Below are positions 26,249 to 39,706 of a DNA stretch of 64,000 bases, piece by piece. The notes under the pieces were generated by a model. It made no database searches. It saw nothing but the letters and a program-made list of their open reading frames with translations, and was not told the DNA's origin. The position numbers and the translations under genes were made by a program. Each line of letters begins with the position of its first letter. Positions within the stretch are counted from its first letter, which is position 1. The stretch is from Chlorokybus atmophyticus (Eukaryota > Plantae > Mesostigma and Chlorokybus algae): NCBI GenBank assembly GCA_009103225.1, contig RHPI01001737.1:62001-126000 (forward strand), given 5' to 3'.

Positions 26249-28367
26249 ATGGAGGCGGCGGCGGAGGCGGCGAGGAGGCGCTTGGGGGCTGTGCGGTCGC
26301 ACTTGCAGCCTTCTGGCGTCGTGGGGTCTGTGGAAGTGGCGCAGGACGGGGTGCTGAGCGCTGCGCATTGCTCTGCCGCCTCCTCGTCCTCCTCGTCGTA
26401 CGCCTCCGTCGGCAACGCCCCCTCCTCCTACGCCAGGGTGCATGGTGACGTGTCTAGAACGCCCGCTACTTGGGAGCCGGCCCCCGTCCCAGGCGAGCCC
26501 CTTCAGGACATCCTCTATGAGAAGGCTGCCGGCGAAGGCATTGCGAAGGTGAGGTACAAGCAAGGCTCTATCAGCTCAATCACTCTGCTGTCGCAGCACC
26601 AATGCACCTCCCTGACCTCGCGTGAGCAAAGCATGCATGTGATTAGGTCTCTTGCCAGTTGTTGGGTTGGCTGTGAGCTAAGCATTGACAAATAGATGGC
26701 CTCAGCTCAGACCATTGCAGGCTCTTTTTCAGCCACAAGCAACTATGCTTTAGGTGTCGATCAGCCAAAGAGGATGCTTTAAACATTTCTCTTTCTCCCT
26801 TTGTGTTTGCAACATACAAGCTGACGGGTCAATTCATTTTGTTTATCACTCAGTTGTTGTGTCCATGTTATTGCAGATCACCATCAACCGGCCTGAGAGG
26901 CGCAATGCATTCCGTCCGCAAACAGTGAAGGAATTGCAGCGGGCGTTTGAAGCGGCACGGGATGACAGTGCTGTGGGCGTGATCATATTCACTGGTGCGG
27001 TGCGTGCACATGCGAAGAGTAGCTGCACTTATTCACCACAATGCATGCAATTTCTCTGTCTTGGAGGTGGCTGACTACTGTTGCAGGGCACAACGGCGTT
27101 CTGCAGCGGTGGAGATCAAGCTGTGCGCGGGGCAGGCGGCTATGTTGGCAATGACGGGATACCCCGGCTCAATGTGCTTGACCTGCAGGTCAGATGACAA
27201 ACAAGCCAGTAGTGTTGTGTTTGGGGTTTCGTGTAAGGTGTACGTACGGAAGGCTCTGACACATGTATTCAAATGGTTGTGCAGGTGCAGATCCGAAGGT
27301 TACCCAAACCCATCATTGCTATGGTAAGGTCATAGGGCATTTTCATGTTCACAAGTACATACAGTCACTATGAACACGTGCAAACTGACGCATACCAGGT
27401 TGCAGGCTATGCGGTCGGCGGAGGCCACATTCTCCACATGATGTGTGACTTGACCATCTCGGCTGATAACGGCGTGTTTGGCCAGACAGGCCCAAAGGTG
27501 GACCGCGTCGTTTGGTTGTTTTGCGTTGCAGTGCCTTGTTAGGTTGTTGCCGCGATCTGACTCGTATAGTGCAGGTTGGTAGCTTTGACGCTGGCTACGG
27601 ATGCTCGCAGATGGCCAGGCTGGTACGTGCCAATACAGGCTGGTTGTCTAAGCCTAGAAAAGCCGCAATGTGACTGTTTTATTGCTCATGGCCTCCATAT
27701 GTTGACTTAACTGTACACACTTATGTTGGCTGAGGCAGCGACTCTGCATTCAGGTTGGGCAGAAACGCGCACGTGAGATGTGGTTTCTTGCTCGCATGTA
27801 CACTGCGCAGCAAGCTTTGTCCATGGGCCTCATCAACTGTGTTGTGCCGGTAGGTGTTTGCAACCTTCACATGAACTCACTCACTGCAACATGTTCATGC
27901 CTGCGTGGAGTGGAGGCGATCAGTCAGCTACCATGTAGTTGCATGTTACTGACATGCTTTTGTGGACAGCTCGCTGAACTCGAAACAGAGACACTGGTGT
28001 GGTGTCGGGAGATTATGCGCAACAGTCCAACAGCGCTGCGGCTCCTCAAGGCCTCATTGAACGCGGTGGAAGATGGAGCCAGCGGGTTGCAGGTATAGTG
28101 TTTGTCGTTAGCAAATAAGTACTTTAACGTTTGACTCATTACCCAACATATGGTAGTCACTGGTTGACCCGTCAATTGGAAGACAAACAAGCACTTCATT
28201 AAGTGACCAGCAACACTACAGCGATCTCATGCAAGTTGCAACCCATGCAGGAGCTTGGTGGGAACGCCACGCTGCTGTTCTACATGTCAGAAGAAGGGTC
28301 CGAAGGACGCAAGGCTTATATGGAAAAACGGCCACCGGACTTCAGCAAGTTTCCAAGGCTTCCTTGA
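26249..28367 (+). CDS. menB: 1,4-dihydroxy-2-naphthoyl-CoA synthase (phylloquinone pathway), PTS2-bearing; multi-exon
   Basis: [14 protein letters not shown]|[14 protein letters not shown]; [20 protein letters not shown]; [16 protein letters not shown]; [12 protein letters not shown]; [14 protein letters not shown]-terminal RLGAVRSHL fits PTS2 (RLx5HL). Confidence 0.96.
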
Positions 28368-28817
28368 GTACAACATCGTGCAGTCTCGCACACATCTTCT
28401 GTTTACAGCTGCCAGTGTGAGCAGCTCAGTACGATACCCGTTGCGTAGGTTACAGCTTTTCGGTTTCTGCCATTGGTGAATGTGGTTGCTGCATTGCAGC
28501 TAGGGCTATCCAATATCCAATGTTAAAATTCTGTTGTTTGCGCTGCTATTCTTGCTGTATGGTGACCTCCAGCTGCAGTAAATGCGACATTCTTACGCAC
28601 ATTGTCGCATTTGGGCTGGCATTCGAAAACGAGTGCAGCATTTGGGTACTGCAAGTTAAGTCAGCTGCACTAAACTCGTGAGTATCTACACTTGTGGGTA
28701 TCTACTTTGAGTGCAGGTATCCGGCCAACCAGAGCCCACAACAGATACAGTGTTTGTGCCACTGCGTCCTGCACAGCTTGCCCGCTGTTTGTATTGATAC
28801 TGCTTGCTTGCGCTTGT

Positions 28818-28915
28818 TAAGTCTCATAAACCGATTGTGCCTGAATGTGCACAGCCTGTGTACGCATAAGTCTCATAAACCGATTGTGCCTGAATGTGCA
28901 CAGCCTGTGTACGCA
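28818..28915. repeat. Perfect tandem duplication, 2 x 49 bp
   Basis: taagtctcataaaccgattgtgcctgaatgtgcacagcctgtgtacgca occurs twice, back to back. Confidence 0.95.
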
Positions 28916-29607
28916 TAAAAGACAGGAGTGTTGTACAAACAATGTGAAACCGAAATGTACAGGATATGCGCGGGACAATTGGCGACATGCATGACGTCAC
29001 CACAGCATAGCATACCAACTAGCATGCAAACACAGTCAAATATACCACCACCACCGGGCTATATTGACTGCCTGTTTACCTACCACACTACCCTACTCTG
29101 TGTGTACAGGATATGCGCAGGGCTGTTAGGCATGCATAGACACTCCGCTGTCACGGCATACCATGCAATCATTAACACAAATACACAAGCAACAGCAACA
29201 ACACCACCGGGCTATGCCATACCGCATGTGTGACAGCAACTGGATAATTATCGTGCAATGGCTGGCCAATAGCTAAATCAGTTCGAGCAGCTATGGCACG
29301 GCCTCGCAGAACTCGGCCTCCCCCTGGACATGCTGCCAGGCCTGTGATCATTGTCAACCATTAGGCAAGCGTGTTGCTGTATAAAAGCACGATAGGCAGC
29401 ATTCGTGGCAAGTATGTGCACACCAGATCCAGCCATGACTGCACCTATCAGTGAACCACCTGCAATTCACGACAATCCATGCACACGCACAAGGAGTGTT
29501 GAATGGTACAATCGCAGCTATGGAGTCGTCCTTTCGCTTTACTCCACTTTCGTCACGGACGCAGGGCATTAGCACGCATAATACACCAGGCATGTGTCAC
29601 CGTCTTC

Positions 29608-32600
29608 CTAGCTGAAGGCGGTTGCAACTTGCAATGCCTTGAAGAAGTTGTCATGAAATCGAAGCCCGTCTGCGCTCTCATCTCTGCACAGCAAGCCTGC
29701 AGAGGGCAGAGCTCAAGTGTAAGCAACCAGCGGTGCATGACAATACTGAACAAGTACTAAACTCGTGGCGACCAGCTGAATCACAAACGTACCATACGAC
29801 TCGGCCATAAGAAGCTGCTCTCTTGCAAGCGCCGGTGCAACACCCAATGCTTTCGCGGCATCACTGATCGATATGCCCTCGCGACCCCCAGACGGTCGCA
29901 CCAGCGCTTGCAGCTGCTCTGCAGCCTGTCGCATCAAACAAACAAACTCAACTCCAGGTGTCTCCTTGTTTCACACCATGCGATGAACAGCATGACCAGT
30001 TTACAGTACAGCTGGACCGTTGTGCACATGAGCTCGCATACAAATACACTAGTATGACTGTAGTCACACATGCAGGCACACCCGTAGGCCGTGTGTACCT
30101 GACGATCGTTGTGCGTCTTTGACTGAACCACAAGCACGCCACTGTCGAACTTGCGTAACCTCAGATGTCTGATGTGCAGGCAACTCAACGTAAGTACATG
30201 GCTCAATGAGGAAACAAGGACAACTAACAGACCCGCAAAACCCGTTTTACTTACACATTGATGCTCTCCCACACACGGCACGCTTGCACCAAATCCTCCG
30301 GTGATATCAGTTCTGTGGTCAAACCGAACGCGTAAGCTCAATGCATTCAACCTGTACAAGTCTGCACACCACAACCTGAAGCGTGTCATGGCTATCACAG
30401 GTGTCAAGCCAGCCTCACCTGTCCCTCGCGCTCTGTTGAACATGCAGTACACGTCGGGAAGCGCAATCATGCCGCCAGCACGCTCGAGTGGCACCAGCAA
30501 GAAATCTGCAAGCTGCAGCAAAACTGAAAACCAACATTACACGTTGCCATTTGCCAAGATGAAACAGCACAACAGTATAGTGTTCATGTCCATGTAACGC
30601 ATTTGCTGTAGCGTTGTTCTCTGTACACTCACCTGCCGTGACAGTTGTTGGTGATACAGTGCCCCGGCCGTCTCTTTGGTAACAGGTGATGCAATACCGA
30701 CAGACAGAAACCACTCCTGAATCTCCTCCTGCTCACCTGCACACAACACAGTGATAACGGGTTCAAATGCTGTCGAGCTTGCATAGTTCATTATCTGAGT
30801 CGAGGTGGTCACCGAAACATAGACAGACAGCACCAACACACCTTAAAGTAACGCACAAGCTTGGCAAGCATGAAACACATGAATGCGTCAGTAAACACTG
30901 CGCCTTACAACTGCAGCAATCAAAGCGCACGTGCTGCGCTGCTTGCAACAGCTGGATGTAATCGTGACACAACTGCTTGTACAGAAGGCAACGCTACCCT
31001 GGGTTTCTGATGACGTTCCTTGTTGTGATCCCAATGCTGCCCGCATGCGATCCGCCAGTTTCACAAGGTCCCGCGCTTTGGTCTGCGAAGCAAGCTCACC
31101 TTTCAACACACCTCACACAGTTTGGTATGATGTCAAACGAATCTAACTGCTGCATGCGCAGCTCTTGGAAAGCAGCAACCGTGCGAGATGGCACGCCGTG
31201 CCATTCCATCGCTTACCATGAGCGCGTCAAGGTCGGTGAATGCCGTCTCAAGCGTGCGAGTGGTTTGTGCTGAGGCCAGCTGCTCGTGCCGCAAGATGCC
31301 GCTAATCCCTGCACGAGAGGTGCCGAAGGCAACAGGTGCGCGATGCCTGCATCACAACATAACATCACATTGGCGTCAACATCGAGTAACCTCAACACAC
31401 TGTAGCTCTACATGCAACTTACATACTGGGAAGTCATTACCCAAGAGGCACTGAAGGTGAGGCACTGTCTGTTGGCACACTGGTTGATGGCGTGCTTGTG
31501 GGGGCCGGTGGAGGTGGCGGGTCGTTCAGCCAGACTTTTTGGTTGAGGGCCTCTTGCAGCTGCTGGCAGAAATCATCGTACCTATGTGCATGAGAGCATC
31601 ACAACGTTGGATACGCATGAACAACTCACTTATACACAATTACTAGTTATAGACACATATAGCCACCACACGAGTACACGCGCGCGCACACGTTATATGT
31701 ATATGCAAGTCACGCTACAACGCACACATACACAAATACACACAGATGCGTGTGCGTGTTGACTATGCATATCCATCGATATATTGCCTACAGCTCTGTA
31801 TGAAGTTTCTACATTACCTGCCTGCGCGGAAGCTTAGCGCAATGCCCGCATTCCCCACAGCATCTTTGGCCCCAGTGATCGAAGCCGTGCCTTGCTGAGT
31901 GACCCACACGCGCAGCCTCAACTTGGGATCATAAAACACGGCACCTGGCATACAACTCGCGCTCAAAACTTCCAAACCACGCACGCCAGACTCAAACACC
32001 CAACAAGCAACTCACCGAGTCCTTTGCGCGCGTGGAACACGTCTGCCAAGGCGCCGAGCGGCAGCGCGCAGTGCAGTGAAGTGAGCGCTCCGCCTTGTGG
32101 ATTGTTTGTGGACTTGGGTGTTGCGAGCCATAAGAGGCGGTGCGTCGTCAAGTGCGCGACGCCGATTACTCGCGGCAAAGCTGGCTGAGAAACACCGCTC
32201 GTGCCGGAAGCCAAACTCTCAACTGTCAGGTCGACACCCTCGACGAGGATGCGCTCCACCTGTACGTGCATGTTGATGGTCACCACAGCACTTCCCATCA
32301 CACGCACTAGGTTGGTTTCAGTCGATATGTTGGGTGTGTGCCCTGAGAGTCTCTCATACAGTGCAAAGACATTGTTGATAAGCACTGGTGCCATCATAGC
32401 ATGACACTGTTTGCGCTGTGCTGCTGCGAGTGAGATGTTTGCGGAGGACTTCCAACGGTTTGGAAGCCGACCACACATGCCAACAGACAGAAGCATGAAC
32501 AAACGCTGCTACAGCTTGATATTGACAGCAGGTGTTCAGCCGCACTGTGCCTGATGATCGTGTGGCATGGCAGCATGCAGCCGGACATGCCATTGCCGAG

Positions 32601-32805
32601 CTGCCCTAGCCGGTGACATAAACTATGACCGCTGCACGCAAGACGTGACATGACAGACTGTTTGACATACGCTTATGTTTATGCGACTGCCTTTGTACGC
32701 GCAAGCAGTGGGACCACTCAACCACAGCGCTTGGCTGCTTACCTCGCCTGGCAGAAGCACGGGACGGCCGCTCTGCGAAACTGGCAGCGCGGTCAAAAAC
32801 GCCAT
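29608..32805 (-). CDS. VPS36: ESCRT-II subunit VPS36 (GLUE + EAP30 domains); multi-exon
   Basis: [22 protein letters not shown]; [10 protein letters not shown] (GLUE); [26 protein letters not shown]|LADFL; [18 protein letters not shown]; [18 protein letters not shown]...FS*. Confidence 0.92.
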
Positions 32806-32984
32806 GCCTCTCGTCTCGGTGGCAACCCGTCTACTACCTGCTTTCAACCACCTCTTCCGTGCCCACCACCGCCGCCGCCGCCGCCACCCACACAAGCAGA
32901 CAGCTGCTTGCAAACTGCACACCTGAAAGCATAAGCATAAGCATAGCCCCGTTTTGCCCCCTACCTGCTGCATTGCACTGTTAC

Positions 32985-34034
32985 ATGGCGGCGGTGGCGG
33001 CGGCAGTGTTGGCGCTGCGGCACAGTGGACCAGGTGCTGCCCGCATCTACGTGCGATTGGTAGAGCAGCCTGCGCGTGGACGTGCTGGACGTCTCCGCCG
33101 CCAGGCGCCCAACTGGTCTCAAGGTTGGCCTCCCCCTCCTCCTGTCTCCCCAAGCTCTTCCGCAGCAATGCGTGAATGAAAGCATGCAATTGGAATGGCA
33201 AAACGGAGTTGGCATTGGTCCTCGATAGCTGTTCTTAATATATACGTACACGAGATCAACGCAAGGCTGTGGGCACTACAGCATGCGGCTTATTGTGATT
33301 CACTGGATACAAGGCATGCTCTCGGTTGCTTCTTGAATGGTGGAAGTTGGAGTTACGTCTGCCCTGCAACGACGGTTTGTTCTCCATGCTGAAGCATGGA
33401 AGGCACACCTTGAGTCGAATACGAAGCTTCTGCATGCACTAGCGCCTCGCATTTGTAACAGGATTCAGCCCTGTTGCAGCGGTTGTCTTGTTTGAATCAA
33501 TCAACTGCGTCACATGCGCAGGCTTCTCTTCATCAACAAGGATGAGCGGCGCAGCGCCACAGAACGACAAGTACTTCCTTCTATCCTACGGTATGCCTTT
33601 CCAAGCTGCGCCTGTTGTTTTTTGTCTACGCATGCTATGATCATATGAGTACAAGCCCTCAGCCAAAACTGCATTGTCTGTGTGCTTATTGCATGCATAA
33701 GCAGAGTATGTGCCGGATATCCTCGAGCGTCGGACTGCGCACCGCACGGGCCACTTAGCGCTTGCAAAAGAGTACGAGCAGCGAAACCAACTACTTTTGG
33801 CGGGGGCTCATGCCGACCCGGTCGACGGGGCCACATTCATCTTCCATGCGCCCAGAACAGGTGAGCTATGGTTGATGCTGAAGTTGTTGTGTCGTGTGTC
33901 TCATGTGTGTGTTGGATGCAGCCGTCGAGGAGTTCATTGCTGCCGACCCGTACATGAAAGCTGAGCTCGTGCCGAAGCACACGATCCGGGAGTGGACTCC
34001 AGTTGTGGGAACGGCGTTGGCGGGAAAGCTTTGA
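32985..34034 (+). CDS. YciI-like (YCII-related domain) protein with an N-terminal extension resembling an organellar transit peptide; 4 exons
   Basis: Manually spliced: ...KYFLLSY|EYVPDILERRTAHRTGHL...GAHADPVDGATFIF...|AVEEFIAADPY...IREWTPVVG...KL*. Splice phases are consistent. Confidence 0.82.
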
Positions 34035-34482
34035 TAGTGCACTTCATCCTGGTGTTGGTTATATGTACGGGTGGTCAGTCATCCTATCCTATTGAGGGTA
34101 CACAGGCAGGCATACCCTCACAGCTGCCAGCAGATCACTGAAGGACACATACGCATATGATGATGTTGTTCAGCATGCACGTAGATGCCATGCTCATGCT
34201 GTAAGACACTGCTTCTCAAGTCCGCCTGCGCTGCTGCTATGCCAATTTGGCAAGCCCACGAGTGAATGGACATACAGCGTGTAGTGGTGTTTCACCGTAT
34301 TAACGCTGTGTGTCATCTTTGTTCGCGTGTTGCCCTGTTTGCATACTCGGAGCATGTCATCCACATTACCCGCAAACCTGCATTGCTGTAGTCCTTGCTC
34401 ACTCTCTGTAAGTGTACACTAGCATACTACATCATCTGCTGACGCCAGCTCACAAGCAGTGAGCGGTTGTCAGCGTCATATG

Positions 34483-35583
34483 CTACAACTTCTCATATTC
34501 AATGGAAAAGCCGCACGCACACGTTTTCGTCCAAACATCCTCCTCTTCATCGTATGCTTCGCTCTCATCTGCATGTGGCGGATGCACAAGTCATTGAGTA
34601 AACCAGATACACGCATGCAAGGCACAGTACACGTATGTGCGACGTTCATTGTCACCTGGATACACATGCTTGTGCTCTTCCACAAGCACCTCCGTGGCTA
34701 TCTTCTCGGCTATCCGCTTCTGCCTCGCCTGCTCAACTCTTGCATCCGTATCTGACTTCCTTCTTTTCAACTCCGATCGCTGACACGCGCACACATTCAT
34801 CAGCAACGCGAAGCATGAGCCACACCACAACTTGCAAAATGTCAAGTAGCGTGCATGTCTCTCACTTGCAGCCTTGCTTGCAACGCTTCTTCGTGCGCCA
34901 CAGCCAGCCCGTGCTCTCCCCCGTGCTTCCTGTACGACGCCTCCATCACCTGGCACCGACAGCACGTTGTCACTGCCAACCATGCGCCACACACATCACA
35001 TCCTCTTGACGATACTCCCCTGGCCCCCTCTCCCCACACCCACCTGTTTTTTCAGGTAAAGTGCCATGGCGCTCCAGTCCCTGTGCCTCGGGTTCTCCTT
35101 GTTGACGAACCTCAGTTTCCTCAGGTCCGCGTCCGTGAGCAGCCACTTGTCTTTGGCCTCGCTCTTCGTCACCAGGCGGTAGTGCTCGAGGTCGCGGCGG
35201 CAACCGAAACAGACGTCGATGCCAAACACCTGGTGCAAGCACACGACATCGAGTCAGATGCTGCTGAGCTCTGGTGAAGATTGCACATGCACGGACCTCC
35301 TTGTATTCGCCATTCACTGCGGGGTTGTCGCAGTTCTCGCAGCTGCCAATGAAGCGGCCAGAAGGCAATTGGCCGCTCTGCGGAGCAAACATGCTTGAGA
35401 AGCAGCATCTCACAGTACCCTATGATTACAGAGTCTTTCAGAAAGCAACCAACTGCTTGAGCAATACAACAGGCAGTATATGCTCACCGCTTGCCGCTCT
35501 TCTTCGCCAGCTGCTGCTCCTCCGCCTACGCTTGCGCCCCCACCTCCGCCGCTAGCAAAGGCGCCGCCCACGTCCACAAGCAT
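34483..35583 (-). CDS. XPA: XPA/Rad14-like nucleotide excision repair protein; multi-exon
   Basis: Zn finger CENC...|VFGIDVCFGCR; YRLVTKSEAKDKWLLTDADL...KENPRHRDWSAMALYLKKQV; last exon EEEDVWTKTCACGFSIEYEKL* (stop 34483-34485). Confidence 0.9.
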
Positions 35584-35805
35584 GCCGACCAGGCTGATGT
35601 CAGCTACAATGCCTGCCAACAACACCCACCCACCGCCACCGCCGCCGCCGCCGCCGCCGGTCCTGGTCTGGTCAAGCAGTCGTTACGCCAGGCAAGGCCA
35701 GGCCAGGCCAACCAGCCTAACTTCAGCTTGGCTTGGGGCGGCGGCAGCGGTGGTGGCGGCGAGGGAGGCGGAGGCGTGGGTGGTGGTCGAGCGTGCGCGG
35801 GGGGC

Positions 35806-38036
35806 ATGGCGAAGCGCAAGGATGTCAGCGGGGACGACGGGGCGGAGGCGGCTGCCTCGGGTGCTGAGGACGTGCTGGAGATCACCCCTCTGGGCGCTGG
35901 CAACGAAGTGGGACGGTCGTGCGTGCACATGACGTTCCGCGGAAAGACGGTGCTGGTATGTACAGCAGGAGGAATATGGTGTATGCATGCAACAGTGCGC
36001 ACAAGGCAGATTCATAAAGTATGAGCGTGGGTACTACTTTCACAGGTCGACCAACCTGCTGCTTTCACTGCTTAGCTGTGACTCTCGATTTCAAGCAAGA
36101 AAAAGAGATAGTTGTTAGAATCCCTCGATCGTGTGAACACAGTGGGAGTCTTGCATAACGGGTGACTTGTGCATGCATGGTGTGTATGCACAGGTGAGTG
36201 TACGTATGTGGGACGGCTGCAACCACTCGTGTTGCTGTTTGTGACACAAACAGATCCCCTTGCAGAATGCGGTTGATCAGTCATTGATGTCGGGTGCCGA
36301 TCTGTTTCGTGCGACAACGTGGCTGTGCTGTGTGCAGTTTGACTGCGGCATCCACCCGGCGTATTCGGGCCTGGCAGCGCTGCCCTACTTTGATGAGATC
36401 GATCCGGCTACGATCGACGTGCTGCTCGTCACACAGTAAGTCTTTGGCGTGCTTGGCACCTCTTCGTGAGACTGAGGTGCAGCATATACAAGTTGAGCAC
36501 GATTGCGGGTTTGCAACACGAGTTGCACGTCAGGTTTTGCTTGCTTTCTGCAGCTTTCATCTCGACCACTGCGCCTCCCTGCCATACTTCATTGAAAAGG
36601 TTGGTTTAGTACAACAGCGTGCGCGCGTGTGAATGTGGGCGTGGGAGTGCGTGTGCATGCGTACCAAGCAGTGTGCACCTGTTGATGATGTGATCTCTTG
36701 ACGGTTTCGTAGACCACATTCAAGGGTCGCGTGTTCATGACGCACGCCACCAAGGCGATCTACCGCCTCCTCCTGGCCGACTTCCTCAAGATCACCAAAG
36801 CCGGCGTCGACGACATGTTGTACGACGAGCAGGACCTGCAGCGCACGATGGACAAGATCGAGGCGAGTTCATGCTGGAATGTTGTGTCAGGTGATTAGTG
36901 TCATGACTCTTGATTCATGCAGGTGGTGGACTTCCATCAGCAGGTTGAGGTGGACGGCATCAAGTTCTGGTGCTACACCGCCGGCCACGTGCTGGGCGCA
37001 GCCATGTTCATGGTGGATATAGCTGGCATGAAGGTGCTGTACACGGGAGACTATTCGCGCGAAGAAGACAGGCACCTCAAGGTGGTCCATGTTGTGTGCG
37101 CGTGTGCGCGTGCGTGCGTGCGTGCGTGCGTGTGTGCGCGTGCGCGCAGTGTGCGTGTGCACGCGTGTGCGAGTGCGTGTGTCTGTTTGTATGCGTACGT
37201 TTGCGTACAGTGATTGTGCGTATGCGTACCTCAACGCATGCACGCAGGCTGCAGAGCTGCCCGAGGTGTCTCCCGACGTGTGCATCATCGAGTCTACGTA
37301 TGGCGTCCAAGCGCACCAGCCTCGGCGAGAACGGGAGAGGCGCTTCATCGAGCTCATAGACGGCACGGTGCGGCACGGCGGCCGCGTTCTCATCCCTGCT
37401 TTTGCCCTTGGCCGTGCACAGGTTGTCAATCAGTGTAGTACACCATGACACATACACACCCGCTACAACGGTGTGTTCACCAGCATACAATGCAATGTGT
37501 GTTATAATCGCTTGTACATCAGCGCATTGCCGTATGCATTGTTTGATGCTCTGACTACAGGTATGTACAGACTGTACAGCTGAAGCATATCACTAAGCAT
37601 GGCCAAGCATGTACCTGTTGCAAGCTGATTTGGACGTGCTGTGGCAGGAACTATTGTTGATTCTGGAAGAGCATTGGGAAACGCATCCGGAACTCCACAA
37701 CATTCCCATTCACTTTGCATCGCCGCTAGCATCCAAATGCCTCACAGTGTATCAGGTGCGGCGCATCAACCAAACATGGCTAAATGTATGAACATGCTGA
37801 TGTGGTTTCCTTTTGCTGCAGACTTACATCAGCGCCATGAACGACCGCATCAAGCGTCAGTTTGAGACGTCTAACCCTTTCGAGTTCAAGCATGTGAGCA
37901 GTCTGAAGAGCATCGAGCATTTCGATGATGTCGGACCCTGCGTCGTCATGGCGTCGCCGGGAATGCTGCAGAGCGGACTGTCGAGACAGCTCTTCGACAT
38001 GTGGTGCCAGGTCAGGAGACGTGAATACGGTTGTTG

Positions 38037-38068
<32 letters not shown>

Positions 38069-39706
38069 TTTTTGCACACATGCATACAGCTAGAAGCGCG
38101 CACGCAGGCACGCACACACGCACGCACATGCGCATACACATGCGCACGCAAGCGCGCACGTTCAGCTAGAAGTCATGCAGTCAAACTTACATGTTGGTCT
38201 CATGTTTGGTGTTGTTTTTGTGTGTAGGACAAGAAGAACGCGTGCGTGATTCCCGGTTACGTCGTCGAGGGCACGCTGGCCAAGACGATCCTCTCCGAGC
38301 CCAAGGAAGTGACGCTTTCCAGCGGGTTGGTCGTCCCCTTGCACATGAGGGTGTACTACATATCCTTCTCCGCGCACGCCGACTACCCGCAAACCAACGA
38401 GTTCCTGTCCATACTGCGTCCGCCGCACATCGTGCTCGTGCACGGCGAAGCGCGCGAGATGATGCGGCTGAAAGCAGCTTTAACCTCCACTTTTGCGTCC
38501 ACCACGGATGAAAAACAACACAACAAGCACGCCGTGCAAGTGGTCACCCCGAAGAATTGTCAGACTGTGCGCATGTCTTTCAAGCGCGAGAAGACCGCCA
38601 AAGTGGTTGGCAAGCTGGCGGAATCCACGCCGAAGGACGGGTTGGAGCTGCAGGGACTGCTCGTGCACAAGGGGTTCGACTACCAGCTCATGGACCCGGA
38701 AGACCTCGCCATGTACACGCAGCTGCAGACCGGCACGGTCACGCAGAGACTGCTCATACCGCACACGGGTGAGTGTGCTACATGGTGCACTGTGGGAAGA
38801 GTGTGACCTTATGTGCTGCGTCATGTGGTTTGTGCAGGGCCGTTGGTGTTGCTTCGCAGGCGGATAGAGGGCATGTTTGAGAGCGTGGTGCTCAACACAA
38901 AGGGACCGCTGCCGGCTCTGATAGTCCACGAATGCGTCGCGGCTTACCAGCAGGTGCACTGCCCTCTTGCAAGCTTGCTGCCAGCAATTCTTAGAAGTGT
39001 TGGGCGTATCTGTTTGTGACATGTCTGCCTGACAGACTGTGTCTAGCATTCGTTTGCTTACATGCTCAAGCAAACTGAGCTTGCATTGTTTGGAGCGGGT
39101 GCATCTTGGCAATACGTTCACTTGTTGGTTGACTCGTATAACTGCGCGTGGTCCGGCAGGGTTTGGAGCACATGGTTCTGGAGTGGAACGCAGATCCCAT
39201 CGCGGATATGGTCGCTGACTCCATCATCGCATTGGTTCTGCAGGATGCCCCAACCACATCAGGTATGTGTTAGCCTTTCATCTACACAGTCACTTCCTTT
39301 TGAAGTTGTTGACTGAGTTGCTCATCACTCGACTGTTGCAGGAGTGAAAAAGGAAGAGGAGGACGAGGAGGCTACGGAGTTGAGGACTATCAATGCGTTG
39401 CTGCGAGCCATGTTTGGCAACATTGAACAGGTATGTGGGCCTTGGCGAGCAGATATGTAAATCGTGCATGCAGACATTGAACCAGCATTGGCAGTCATTG
39501 CAGTTGGCGCTTAGCTTGATTGTGACTCTGGCATTGTGCAGGATATGGAACGCAAAGTGTTCACAGTCACAGTCGATGGGCGAACGGCAACAATTGACCA
39601 TGGCAGCAAAGCAATACAGTGCGCCGATGCGGCACTGAAGGAGAAGTTGCAGTTTGCACTCAGACGATTAGAGTCGTCCATGTACCCTATTGACGTCGGA
39701 TGTTGA
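35806..39706 (+). CDS. CPSF3: Cleavage and polyadenylation specificity factor 73 kDa subunit (metallo-beta-lactamase/beta-CASP); multi-exon
   Basis: [16 protein letters not shown]; FDCGIHP; LLVTH|[11 protein letters not shown]; [10 protein letters not shown]; [12 protein letters not shown]; IIESTYG; [13 protein letters not shown]; ISFSAHADY; ends MYPIDVGC*. Confidence 0.96.
36863..36922 (+). other. GC-AG intron in CPSF73
   Basis: GAG|gcgagt...tgcag|GTG restores the conserved MDKIE|VVDFHQ; read-through hits an in-frame TAG. Confidence 0.85.

Noticed and set aside
28818-29230. CRISPR-like array
   Set aside because: These are simple tandem duplications without spacers in a eukaryotic 3' region, and there are no cas genes.
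31814-31999. ORF with a TBP-like look ([22 protein letters not shown])
   Set aside because: It lies in frame between VPS36 GLUE-domain exons and matches the plant VPS36 F..P+LR.+V segment, so it is not a separate gene.
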